A DNA stretch of 64,000 nt from Anaerolineales bacterium. Lineage in GTDB: Bacteria; Chloroflexota; Anaerolineae; Anaerolineales; RBG-16-64-43. The stretch spans positions 7,268-71,267 of the forward strand of contig JBEKHT010000002.1 of assembly GCA_050012135.1 (NCBI GenBank). Direction: 5' to 3'. Below the pieces are notes generated by a model. It was not told the origin of the DNA. It made no database searches and worked only from the letters and a program-made list of their open reading frames with translations. Within the stretch, counting starts at the first letter, position 1. Every line of letters starts with the position of its first letter. Shown here one piece after another: positions 48,728-57,382 of the stretch. A program made the translations under genes and the position numbers.

Positions 48728-49120
48728 TGGAGATGGCGGGAATCGAACCCGCGTCCGAGAAGTTTCGACCGAGGACCTCTACAGGCTTAGTCGGCTTTTG
48801 GTTCTCGCGGATCGGTCCCCAGTCGACGGGGGAAGCACGATCCGCCAGCCGCTGGAGCCCGAAAGCCCCTCTTTCGCGCGCTTAGCAGCCTCGCGCGCGG
48901 CACCCCGCCATTGTGGCGCCCGACCCTCCCCCGGGCAGAGACGGGAGGAGGCGGACGTGGCCTCCGCTGGAGGCCAGACCCTATCCCGCGCGGTTAGGCT
49001 GCGAGGGGCAGGGTCGCGTAAGTGTGATTGGCACTTGAAGGTTTGCGCTGATTTTGCGAGGTCGGCGCCTCTCGGCCTGCCATCCGGGGCCAGCCGCTTC
49101 CGTCGAAGCCTGTCATCCCC
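48728..49120 (-). ncRNA. ssrA: tmRNA (SsrA), 393 nt
   Basis: 5' end GGGGAUGACAGGCUUCGACGG. 3' end GGUUCGAUUCCCGCCAUCUCCA. The acceptor stem carries a G3:U70 pair. The tag frame 49032..48994 encodes ANHTYATLPLAA-UAA. A hairpin GCGCGGGCTCC-N3-GGGAGCCCGCGC lies just beyond the 3' end. Confidence 0.9.
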
Positions 49121-49130
49121 GTGAAGTAGA

Positions 49131-49934
49131 TTATACCTCCTCCGTCCAGGCCCCGTCCGGGAAGGTACTGACCCCGGCCTGCTTTCCCACCATCTTGTAC
49201 ATGTGCACGCCGCTGAAGGGCTCGCCCAGCACCCCGTCGTGGATTGCCCAGCTCCGTCCCAGGATCGTCTGGCTGGCTTCCGGCTGACGGAAAACATTGG
49301 AGCCATCCAGGCGGCGCAGCAGGTCGCCATCCTTCCGGAAGCGGGTGTCGATGCTTTCCATCCAACGCCGGCCCTGCTGGTAGGCAAAACCATAGCGCTC
49401 GAAGATCACCGCGTTGTGGTAGAAGAGGGGCTCGGCGAAGAACAAGTCTCTTCCCAGGCGGGACACGAAGGCCTCAAAGGCAAGGATGGAATGGGGCAGG
49501 ATCCTCAAACCACGGCGCACCTGCCCGGGCGCAAGTCCCGCGGCCCGAGCCGCTTCCTCGGCGGGCAGGTTGCGCCCAAGGACGCCGAAGTGGGTGCGCG
49601 ATCCGTCGCTCGTTCGGTCGGTTTCGAACCGCGGCGAGGCCGGGTCATTGACCACGTAGGCCATAACCAGGATCTGCCCATTTATGGTGTCCGTCAGCTG
49701 GGCGTAGAGAATCGGATCGATCGCGCCCGCCGCGTGGCGGAGATCCACCTCGACCACGCTGCCATCCGTCTTGGCGGTCACGGTGAGCAGGCGAGAACCG
49801 CCCGCGTCGGCGTAGGTCACGGGATCGATGTGGAACTGGTCCAGAAGGACGGAAGGGATGAAGGTCGCGTAGAACCGGTCTCGCTCGGGAGGCGACAGGC
49901 GGTTGATGCGGGCGATGGAAGTGGAAGTGCTCAT
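49131..49934 (-). CDS. Uncharacterised 267-aa protein between smpB and ssrA
   Basis: Intact ORF with non-junk composition. C-terminal-half segment FFAEPLFYHNAVIFERYGFAY resembles the GNAT motif-B signature (N-A-x-x-F-Y-E-K-x-G-F). No family firmly recognised. Confidence 0.6.
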   Translation of the reverse strand: MSTSTSIARINRLSPPERDRFYATFIPSVLLDQFHIDPVTYADAGGSRLLTVTAKTDGSVVEVDLRHAAGAIDPILYAQLTDTINGQILVMAYVVNDPASPRFETDRTSDGSRTHFGVLGRNLPAEEAARAAGLAPGQVRRGLRILPHSILAFEAFVSRLGRDLFFAEPLFYHNAVIFERYGFAYQQGRRWMESIDTRFRKDGDLLRRLDGSNVFRQPEASQTILGRSWAIHDGVLGEPFSGVHMYKMVGKQAGVSTFPDGAWTEEV

Positions 49935-49972
49935 CCGAGCCGTTCCTTACGCGTCCTTCTTGATCGACGAAG

Positions 49973-50431
49973 CTAGCGTCTGCGCCGAACGGCACGTGAC
50001 ATTTCGCGTTCCGCCTCGCGGCGAGCGATGGCCTGGCGCTTGTCGTAGCTCTTGCGCCCGCGCGCCAGGGCGATCTCCAGTTTCGCGCGGCCGCTGCGTA
50101 GGTACATTCGCAGTGGGATCACGGTGAGCCCCTTCTGCTGCTGGGCAACCGTCAGCTCCGTGATCTCTCGTCGGTGAAGGAGCAGGCGCCGATTGCGCAG
50201 GGGATCATGGTTCATGCGGCTGGCCGGGTCGTAGATCGCAATGTGAGCATTGTGAAGCCAAGCCTGCCCCTCTTCCACGCGCACGTAACCCTCCCGAAGG
50301 TTGACTTGGCCGGCGCGGACCGACTTGATCTCCGTTCCTTGGAGGGCCAGTCCCGCCTCCAGACGTTTGAGGATGTCATAGTCGTGCAGGGCCTTGCGGT
50401 TTGTGGCGACGACCTTGATCGACTTCTCCAT
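49973..50431 (-). CDS. smpB: SsrA-binding protein
   Basis: ATG 50431. ATNRKALHDYDILKRLEAGLALQGTEIKSVR and a basic C-terminal tail. Confidence 0.92.
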   Translation of the reverse strand: MEKSIKVVATNRKALHDYDILKRLEAGLALQGTEIKSVRAGQVNLREGYVRVEEGQAWLHNAHIAIYDPASRMNHDPLRNRRLLLHRREITELTVAQQQKGLTVIPLRMYLRSGRAKLEIALARGRKSYDKRQAIARREAEREMSRAVRRRR

Positions 50432-50447
50432 CTCGGGTCTCTTCGTC

Positions 50448-51452
50448 TCAGGCGACCCGATGATGGGTCTTGGCGCGCGGATTCCGGTAAACCTCCGGGT
50501 TTGCGCAGTGCCCGAGCGGCCGGTTCTCGAGGCCGGCCAGGACATTCTCACATGCCAATTCCATCATCCGGCGCCGAGCTCCCGCAGCCGCCGAGCCGAT
50601 ATGAGGCAGGATCAGGCAATTGGTGAGGCCGAAAAGAGGATGGTCTGCCGGCAGGGGCTCAGGGTCCGTGACGTCCAGGCCGGCCCCGCCCAGGTGGCCC
50701 TGTTTGAGGGCGCTGAACAAAGCCTCCGTATTGACAATTGCCCCGCGAGCCGTGTTGATGAGGATGGCGCCCGTCTTCATGCGCGCGAAGCGCGAGGCAT
50801 CCATCAACCCTCTCGTCTCTTCGGTCAGCGGAACATGAAGGCTGACAAAGTCACTCTCGCTCAACAGGTCGTCCAGCAGGAACCGCTTCGCTTGGAGTTC
50901 TGCCTCGATTTCGGGATGGCGCCCAGGGTCCGTGTACAACAATCTCATGCCGAATCCGTGGGCCCTGCGCGCCACGGCCTGTCCGATCTGCCCAAATCCA
51001 ACGATTCCGAGCGTCGCGCCTTGCAGGTCCTTTCCCAGCCAGCCGGTCGCAGACCACCCCGGCCAACGGCCGGAGCGGGCATCTTGGGACGCCTCCGGTA
51101 AGCGGCGCGCCACCGCGAGCAGCAGCGCCAGGGCCAGATCGGCAGTAGCCTCGGTCAGGACAGTCCGCAGGCTCCCAACCGGAATGCCGCGCCGTGTGCA
51201 CTCGGCCAGATCGACATTGTCCAGCCCGACCGCCACATTGCTTACCACTCGAAGGCGGGGTGCCCGGGCAAGGAAAGGAACGTCCACCTTGTCCGACAGC
51301 AGGGTGAGGATCCCTTCGGCTTGCTCCAACAGCTTTCCGGCCTGCTCCTGAGGCTGACCTGCGAGGACGTTCACTTCGCAGGTATCCGCCAGCGGGCGAA
51401 GCCATTCTTCGGGGAAGGCGTGAGTGGTCAGAACCTGATGTTTGAGTGGCAT
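50448..51452 (-). CDS. D-isomer-specific 2-hydroxyacid dehydrogenase (glyoxylate/hydroxypyruvate reductase-like)
   Basis: NAD site GIVGFGQIGQAVA and catalytic-region ILPHIGSAA. The start is ATG 51452 or 51467, and the track N-terminus is spurious. Confidence 0.85.
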   Translation of the reverse strand: MPLKHQVLTTHAFPEEWLRPLADTCEVNVLAGQPQEQAGKLLEQAEGILTLLSDKVDVPFLARAPRLRVVSNVAVGLDNVDLAECTRRGIPVGSLRTVLTEATADLALALLLAVARRLPEASQDARSGRWPGWSATGWLGKDLQGATLGIVGFGQIGQAVARRAHGFGMRLLYTDPGRHPEIEAELQAKRFLLDDLLSESDFVSLHVPLTEETRGLMDASRFARMKTGAILINTARGAIVNTEALFSALKQGHLGGAGLDVTDPEPLPADHPLFGLTNCLILPHIGSAAAGARRRMMELACENVLAGLENRPLGHCANPEVYRNPRAKTHHRVA

Positions 51453-51513
51453 GACTCCATCAACCATGATGGTTCCACGAATTGCAGGGGAGGAGCAAAC
51501 GCTCGCTCGCCAG

Positions 51514-51578
51514 TATAATAGCATGCCAAACGGAGTTGAAGGGCTCCTGGATCGGAAGAGGATCCGGGCGGTTTTTTT
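51514..51578 (+). promoter_or_regulatory. Orphan TATAAT box plus rho-independent terminator: candidate ~55-nt sRNA or attenuator
   Basis: TATAAT at 51514-51519. Stem CCTGGATC-GGAAGAG-GATCCGGG at 51546-51568, then CGG and seven T (51572-51578). It lies upstream of the 51629 gene. Confidence 0.35.
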
Positions 51579-51628
51579 GCCTGTTGATAGAGGTCCGTGC
51601 GTGGTTTCTTTAGCAGCGGAGGTCAACT

Positions 51629-52054
51629 TTGAGTCGGGTCGTTAACCCCAACAACGGAGGACGTCAGCGTTCCCATCTGATGAAGTCAATAGCCATGGCT
51701 TTGCGGGTCATGGCCGAGAAGCGCGAAATCGACGAAGAAGGTCGCGACATCGCCGCGTTTCTGATTCTTGCTCTCGATGAAATCTGGCGCAGCGTAAACC
51801 AATCCGCTTTGGCCTGGGAGAAGAGGGACTACTGGGTCAAGGCCGATCAGTTTCGCGAGCAGTGGCGATGGGTGGACCGTTTGGCGGAGCAGTTGAAAGA
51901 CGCGCTCAATTCCCAGTCTTGGGACGAGCTGGTGAGAGGGTTGACCCTCTTGGCGACCAAGATGGGAGGGGTCGCCATCCCCAAAAGGATGCCAACGCCG
52001 CGCCCCTGGAGCGGGGCGTGGGGTCAAAAGGGATCCCAGGTCGACGGTAGCTGA
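51629..52054 (+). CDS. Hypothetical protein (141 aa)
   Basis: TTG start 6 nt after GGAGG (51618-51622). Helical, Trp/Glu-rich sequence. No family recognised. Confidence 0.5.
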   Translation: MSRVVNPNNGGRQRSHLMKSIAMALRVMAEKREIDEEGRDIAAFLILALDEIWRSVNQSALAWEKRDYWVKADQFREQWRWVDRLAEQLKDALNSQSWDELVRGLTLLATKMGGVAIPKRMPTPRPWSGAWGQKGSQVDGS

Positions 52055-52438
52055 AGGACCAGCGCCCGGGGTCATGGGGGAACTGGCCGGCAAGGGGTTT
52101 TCCTGCCATGGCTGGCCCAGGCCCATGGGCCAGCCGGAATCTCTTCGGCATCTTCGCAGCGGTTGTGTCCGCCGGCGATTGCGCTGGCCCGGATCCGAAG
52201 CCAAGGCCCCCTCCCCGGAGGCCGGGCGGTGGTCTCATTGCGCCTGTCTTGCTCTCGGGACGCGGGGGTGGTCTGAGGGCCTGAGGCGGCCGGCGAGCCT
52301 GCGAATTGGGAATCGGGTTCCTTGGCAGGCGTGGGCTTGAGCCTTGTGGAAACCCGCTTCCGCTCAGGGAACGGTCTCCCCGTCGTCGAATCCTTTGCCG
52401 CAAATTTGAAGGGGCGACCTGCCCCGGCGTCCGGGGGT

Positions 52439-53773
52439 CTACTTGCCGCCCCCGCCTCGCGGCCGGGTTGCGTACTCCCGAAAGGTCGCCATTAGGTACC
52501 CCGGCAGTCGCCCGGAAATGGTCACGCCCGAAGCGCTGTGCGTGACGGAGTCGACCAACCCCAGCTGATGGAAGAGGTGGATGAGCTTGCCTGCCGTGTG
52601 GGGCAGGCGAACCCTCACGGGAGTGAGCGTCTCATACAGGGCGCTCTCAATTCGCGCCAGTAGAACCGGCACGCCATCGCCCCGCAGCGCGGAGGTCAGA
52701 ACCGCCGAAGGGTTGGGCGAGAGCTGGGCACGGGTTTCTTCCGGGAGGGGGAGCCGGTCAATCTTGTTCAAGGCCGTCACGATCGGCACATCGACGATTT
52801 CCAGGTCCTGCAAGGTCTGATGAACCGCCTGTGCCTGTTCGGCCGCATTGGGGTGGGTGATATCGACCACGTGCAGGAGAAGGTCCGCCTCACCGATCTC
52901 TTCCAGGGTCGCGCGGAAGGCCGCCACTAGGGTGGCAGGAAGCTTCTGGATAAAGCCGACCGTATCCGTGAGCAGAGCCGGGTGCCCCTGGGGGAGCCGG
53001 ATCCGGCGCGTGGTTGGATCGAGCGTAGCGAACAGTTGGTCGGCCGTATAGACCTGGGTGTGAGCGATGGCGTTCAGGAGCGTGCTCTTGCCCGCATTGG
53101 TGTACCCGACCAAGGCGACCACCGGGATCCCGGACCTCTTCCTCTGGAGTCGGTGCCGGCTCCGGTGAGCGCGGACTTTCTCGAGCTCACGCCGCAGATG
53201 AGCGATATGGCGTGCGACTTCGCGGCGATCGATCTCGAGCTGGGTCTCACCCGGACCGCGTAGCCCGACCCCCCCGGTCCCTCCGCGTCCGGCGGCCCCT
53301 CCTGCCTGTCGAGGCAGGTGGGGCCACGCCCGCGTGAGGCGAGGCAAGCGGTACTGGTACTGGGCCAGCTGGACCTGTAGGGCACCTTCCCGGCTGTGGG
53401 CGTGCTGGGCGAAGATGTCAAGAATCAACGCGGTCCGATCCAGGACCCGCACCTCCTCCCCCAGGGCCCTTTCGATCTCGCGCAGATGGCGCGGCGCGAG
53501 CTCTTCATCGAAGATAACGACTTCGGCCCCCGTCTCCAGCACCTTCTGGCGCAACTGCTCCACTTTCCCAGAGCCGATCAGGGTGTTGGCATCTGGCTTT
53601 TCGACGCGCTGGTAGTCCTGGCCAACAACCATCAGGCCCGCCGTCTCGCTCAGCTGAGCCAGTTCGGCCAGACTGTCTCGCAGGGTTAGGAGAGGGGAGG
53701 TGCCTTTGTGCTCGACGCCAAAGAGAAAGGCCCTCTCCTTAGGAGGGGAGGTAGGAGCCGGGACCTTAGGCAT
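52439..53773 (-). CDS. hflX: GTPase HflX
   Basis: G1 GYTNAGKSTLLN, G3 DTVGF, G4 NKID. HflX N-terminal domain. Confidence 0.92.
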   Translation of the reverse strand: MPKVPAPTSPPKERAFLFGVEHKGTSPLLTLRDSLAELAQLSETAGLMVVGQDYQRVEKPDANTLIGSGKVEQLRQKVLETGAEVVIFDEELAPRHLREIERALGEEVRVLDRTALILDIFAQHAHSREGALQVQLAQYQYRLPRLTRAWPHLPRQAGGAAGRGGTGGVGLRGPGETQLEIDRREVARHIAHLRRELEKVRAHRSRHRLQRKRSGIPVVALVGYTNAGKSTLLNAIAHTQVYTADQLFATLDPTTRRIRLPQGHPALLTDTVGFIQKLPATLVAAFRATLEEIGEADLLLHVVDITHPNAAEQAQAVHQTLQDLEIVDVPIVTALNKIDRLPLPEETRAQLSPNPSAVLTSALRGDGVPVLLARIESALYETLTPVRVRLPHTAGKLIHLFHQLGLVDSVTHSASGVTISGRLPGYLMATFREYATRPRGGGGK

Positions 53774-53877
53774 GTCGTCTGTGGGGAATCCTCGGCGCGC
53801 GGAGACTTTTTCGCCCTGGGGGCCAATCCGGGCAGAGTCGACCCGGGTTCAACCCAGCGAGTGCTGGCAGGACAAAG

Positions 53878-54291
53878 TCAGGAAGTGGCATGCACGGCTC
53901 GCAGGGCGATGGGGATTGCCAAAATCAGGAGGACCAGAGTGACGGCATAAACGACGAGACCTCTCGCCAGGCGCGCCCTGTCCCCCATCGAGCGCCATCT
54001 CGCAGGGAGGTGGCCCGTTCCGGCGGCCAGCAGCCCGAGAATCCCATGCAGGAACCGATACAGCGGCCACTGGCCCTCGGTCAGCCCCAAGCCGACCAAG
54101 AGAATTAGGCCCAGCAGGACCTGCAAGTCAAGCAGGCCACTGTAGGCGGAAGCCAGGACAAGCAGGCCGCGTGTGTAACGCCCTTTGCGGTCCAGGACGA
54201 TCGCGGTGATGATCAGCCCCGCCACGGCGAAGGCGAGAATGACATACCGAATCAGCGAGTGGACGGTCAGGAGGGTGTCCAGGAATCTCAC
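53878..54291 (-). CDS. Small four-TM membrane protein downstream of the molybdoenzyme
   Basis: 137 aa, four hydrophobic spans with conserved-looking His residues. No family recognised. Confidence 0.5.
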   Translation of the reverse strand: MRFLDTLLTVHSLIRYVILAFAVAGLIITAIVLDRKGRYTRGLLVLASAYSGLLDLQVLLGLILLVGLGLTEGQWPLYRFLHGILGLLAAGTGHLPARWRSMGDRARLARGLVVYAVTLVLLILAIPIALRAVHATS

Positions 54292-54445
54292 ATTGGCCCT
54301 TTCCGATCGCTTGCGGAAAAGAATGGGCTAAGGCCCTCTTGAGACATAGGCGCTTCTCTTCCTTTCCGCCAGTTCTTTCTCCCGTCCCACATCTTCCTGT
54401 GACCCCCTGGGCCAGGCCAGGGGGGCGGACAAGGGGAATGCGTTT

Positions 54446-55987
54446 CTAATCCGCCTGGCCGTACCTCACATCGTACCCAGTGGCCCCGCTCGGGAAGGGA
54501 TCGGTGTAATCCGCAAACTGGAGCGCGCCGGATCCGTCTACAGCACGCACCGTCAGCCGGTGGGACCCCGGGTTGGCTGGGAGGTGAGCCCGCCAGATCA
54601 CCCAGGCCAGTTGAGAAAGGGGCGGTTTGAGCTCGGCCGGGACCCAATCCCCCTCATCGACTTGGACTTCGACCTTTTGAATCCCTCGCCCTCCGGCGTA
54701 GGCGATCCCTCCGACCTCGATGGCACCGGTCTCGCTCAAGGTCGCATCCATCACGGAGGTGGTGTGTACGAAAGCATCCTTGTCCCAACCGCGTTGTTCC
54801 CAATACCCTGCGAAGGGCTGGCTCACCGCCTCGATCTTCTGAATCCACTTGGGGTTCTTCATCCCGTGCCGGTTGGGGGTGTACAAGCGCGCAGGGAAGC
54901 CGTGCTCCGGGGGCAGAGTGGCCCCGCCCATCGCGTAGCACAGTCTGGTTTCCGGGTCCAGGGCTGAGTCCAGCGGCAGGGACTCGGAGTAGCCGTCGAC
55001 GCAGTCGAAGCGGATTTCCGTGGCCTGCGGACGCAGGCTGGCGCGAGCCAGCAGGTCCGCCAGTTTCACGCCGGTGAAGCGGGTTGTGCTGATCAGGTCT
55101 CCTCCCACGGTATTGGAGATGCATTCCAGAGTTGCATAGAAGTCCTCGGGCGGCATCGCCGTGAGGTCGGCGTAGGAGAGCGTCAACGGCTTGTCGACCT
55201 GCCCCCCGATTTCCAAGGTCCATCGGGAAGCGTCCACGGAGGAGGGAGCCAAGTCGATATCGACGCGGTAGAAGTCGGAAATCGGGGTGACCTCGGGCCG
55301 CGTTCCAAGAACGGGTGCAAAAGACCCCGGCTGGGCAGGAACCGGCGTCGATCCCGTGGGGATGGGCACCAGGGTTTCTTGCGGGATGGGTCGGCGCAGC
55401 AGGCGACCCAGCCCGAGTCCGGCGATCGTCGTTACCAAGGCGAATGCGGCCGCTCTGCCGAGGAAGGCGCGCCGATCTGAGTCGACGGGGACCATCTCCG
55501 CAGTCTGCCAGCGAGTCAGAATCCAGAAGGTCACAACGCTCCAAGCGAGGGTCAAGATCAGCACCCAGGCAAAGCCGAGTGCTGACCAGCCCACCCCAAT
55601 CCCGACCGGGATCAGAATGACCCAGACGACAACCCCCGGCAGGAAGCGGCGGGCAGCCAGCCGATTCTGCAAGTTGGGCCACAGATACCCCAGAAGTGCA
55701 CCCACCAGAGCCAGACCCACCAGTCCCATCACCACCGCGCTGCCGCTCTCGATGAACTTCCCAAGTGCCGAGGTCGAACCGAAGCGGAGGGCTTGAAGTG
55801 TTGTAACCATGAGTTCCACGCCGCCTACGACGAGGGAACCCGGAAGGATGCGGGTCAGGAGACCAAACAGATCATAGGGAGCAAAAGGCAAGCCCAGTGC
55901 CTCCTGGCCCAAGGCCATCACCGCCAGGAGCGGGATCCCCATACCCACACCTGCAATCAACCCTACCAGCGTCAATCTTCGCAACAC
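54446..55987 (-). CDS. Sulfite-oxidase-family molybdopterin oxidoreductase fused to an N-terminal polytopic membrane domain
   Basis: SDFYRVDI..., Mo-ligand Cys region YATLECISNTVGG, C-terminal Ig-like dimerisation-type domain. GTG 55987 follows GGAGGG. Confidence 0.8.
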   Translation of the reverse strand: MLRRLTLVGLIAGVGMGIPLLAVMALGQEALGLPFAPYDLFGLLTRILPGSLVVGGVELMVTTLQALRFGSTSALGKFIESGSAVVMGLVGLALVGALLGYLWPNLQNRLAARRFLPGVVVWVILIPVGIGVGWSALGFAWVLILTLAWSVVTFWILTRWQTAEMVPVDSDRRAFLGRAAAFALVTTIAGLGLGRLLRRPIPQETLVPIPTGSTPVPAQPGSFAPVLGTRPEVTPISDFYRVDIDLAPSSVDASRWTLEIGGQVDKPLTLSYADLTAMPPEDFYATLECISNTVGGDLISTTRFTGVKLADLLARASLRPQATEIRFDCVDGYSESLPLDSALDPETRLCYAMGGATLPPEHGFPARLYTPNRHGMKNPKWIQKIEAVSQPFAGYWEQRGWDKDAFVHTTSVMDATLSETGAIEVGGIAYAGGRGIQKVEVQVDEGDWVPAELKPPLSQLAWVIWRAHLPANPGSHRLTVRAVDGSGALQFADYTDPFPSGATGYDVRYGQAD

Positions 55988-56314
55988 TGGATATCCCTCC
56001 ACAACGGGAACAAGGGTAGAGATCCGTGGAACCTACGGATAGGATGAAACCATGTCCTGCGGGCAGGCAAGCGGAACCATTGAGAAGAAAGGACCGCGCA
56101 CGGCATCACGGAGCGAGACCGCCGAACCGACCCCGCCGACGGCTCTGGTATCGGTTGAGTGTTCACCCAAAGTCAAATCATGAGCTTTCGCCAAGCCAGA
56201 ACGCAGCGGGTCCCGGGTTGAATACGCTCGGGGGGGCATTCTTATGCGACTGGACCCGGGGCAGGGGAAAGCCAGCAGCCCAAGGCCGCCGGCGAGATGG
56301 CCTCCACCGCGATC

Positions 56315-57382
56315 CTAGACGACCTCAATGCCCGAGCCCCGGACGACTTCCCCGATGATCCAAATAGACACGGCGCCCTTGCGAGCCCTTTTCCTGAATT
56401 CGTCGAGGGTTGCGCGGGGCACGCTCAGGAGCAGGCCGCCGCTCGTTTGCGCGTCGAACAACAGCATCTGCTTTTCTTCCGGAATTTTCGGCCCAAAGAA
56501 GACCTTGGGCCCAAAAAACTTGCGATTGTCGAAGCTGCCGCCGGGGAATTCCCCTGCCGAGGCGTATCGGTCAGCTCCCTCCAAGAACGGCACGGAGCGT
56601 GCCTCGATCTGAAAACCGACCCCGGAGGCCTCGGCCAGTTCGCTGGAGTGCCCCAACAGGCCGAATCCGCTGATGTCGGTTCCCCCTCGGATCTCCAGCT
56701 CGACCGCAAGGCGCGAGACGTCCATGTTGAGACGCGTCATCGAGTCAATTGCCTTCTTCAAATCCGATGCTCGAGCGGTCTGGTTCCGGCCGGCCGTCGT
56801 GATGACGCCCGTGCCGAGCGGTTTGGATAAGACCAGTGAGTCTCCGACGTGTGCACCACCCTTGGTGATCAACCGCTCGGGATGGGCGAGGCCCAGTGCC
56901 ACCAGCCCATACTTGGGCTCTTGATCCTGGACCGTGTGGCCGCCAGCGACGACCGCGCCAGCCTCACGAGCCTTTTCCGCTCCCCCGCGAAGAATCTCGG
57001 CCAAGAAGTCGGGGGGCAACTGGGGTGGAAAGGCGGCGATGTTGAGGGCGAGGAATGGTCGGCCCCCCATGGCGTACACATCGGAAAGTGAATTGGCCGC
57101 GGCGATCGCGCCGAATTCGTAGGGGGTGTCCACCACGGGAGTGAAGAAATCGGCGGTCACGATCAAGGCTTGATCGGGGCCGAGCCGGTAGACGGCAGCA
57201 TCGTCCGGCTCGCGCAGCCCCACCAGAAGATCCGGGTAGTCGGCGATCGGGAAGGCTTCACGGATAGGACGCAGGACCTGCGTCAGCGTCTCCGCATTCA
57301 GCTTGGAAGCTCAGCCTGCGCAGGAGGAAAGCGTCGTCAGCCTAATCTCCCGGCCGGTCGTCCCTCGTTTTTCGAAAGCCAC
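56315..57382 (-). CDS. selD: Selenide, water dikinase with in-frame UGA (Sec) at codon 24
   Basis: The track ORF (56315..57223) lacks the catalytic N-terminus. The same frame upstream reads (GTG 57382) AFEKRGTTGREIRLTTLSSCAG-U-ASKLNAETLTQVLRPI, and TGA 57313-57311 occupies the Cys/Sec position of the GxG(C/U)xxK loop. GAGGA lies 4 nt before the GTG. Confidence 0.85.
57255..57310 (-). other. SECIS-like stem-loop immediately 3' of the selD UGA
   Basis: Lower stem GCUUC (57310-57306) / GAAGC (57259-57255) encloses an apical hairpin GACGCA-GGUCC-UGCGUC (57284-57268). Confidence 0.5.

Noticed and set aside
56003-56314. Moco riboswitch upstream of the molybdoenzyme gene.
   Set aside because: The region is GC-rich with some stems, but I could not identify the conserved Moco-motif blocks with any confidence. 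This needs a covariance-model scan before it can be claimed.
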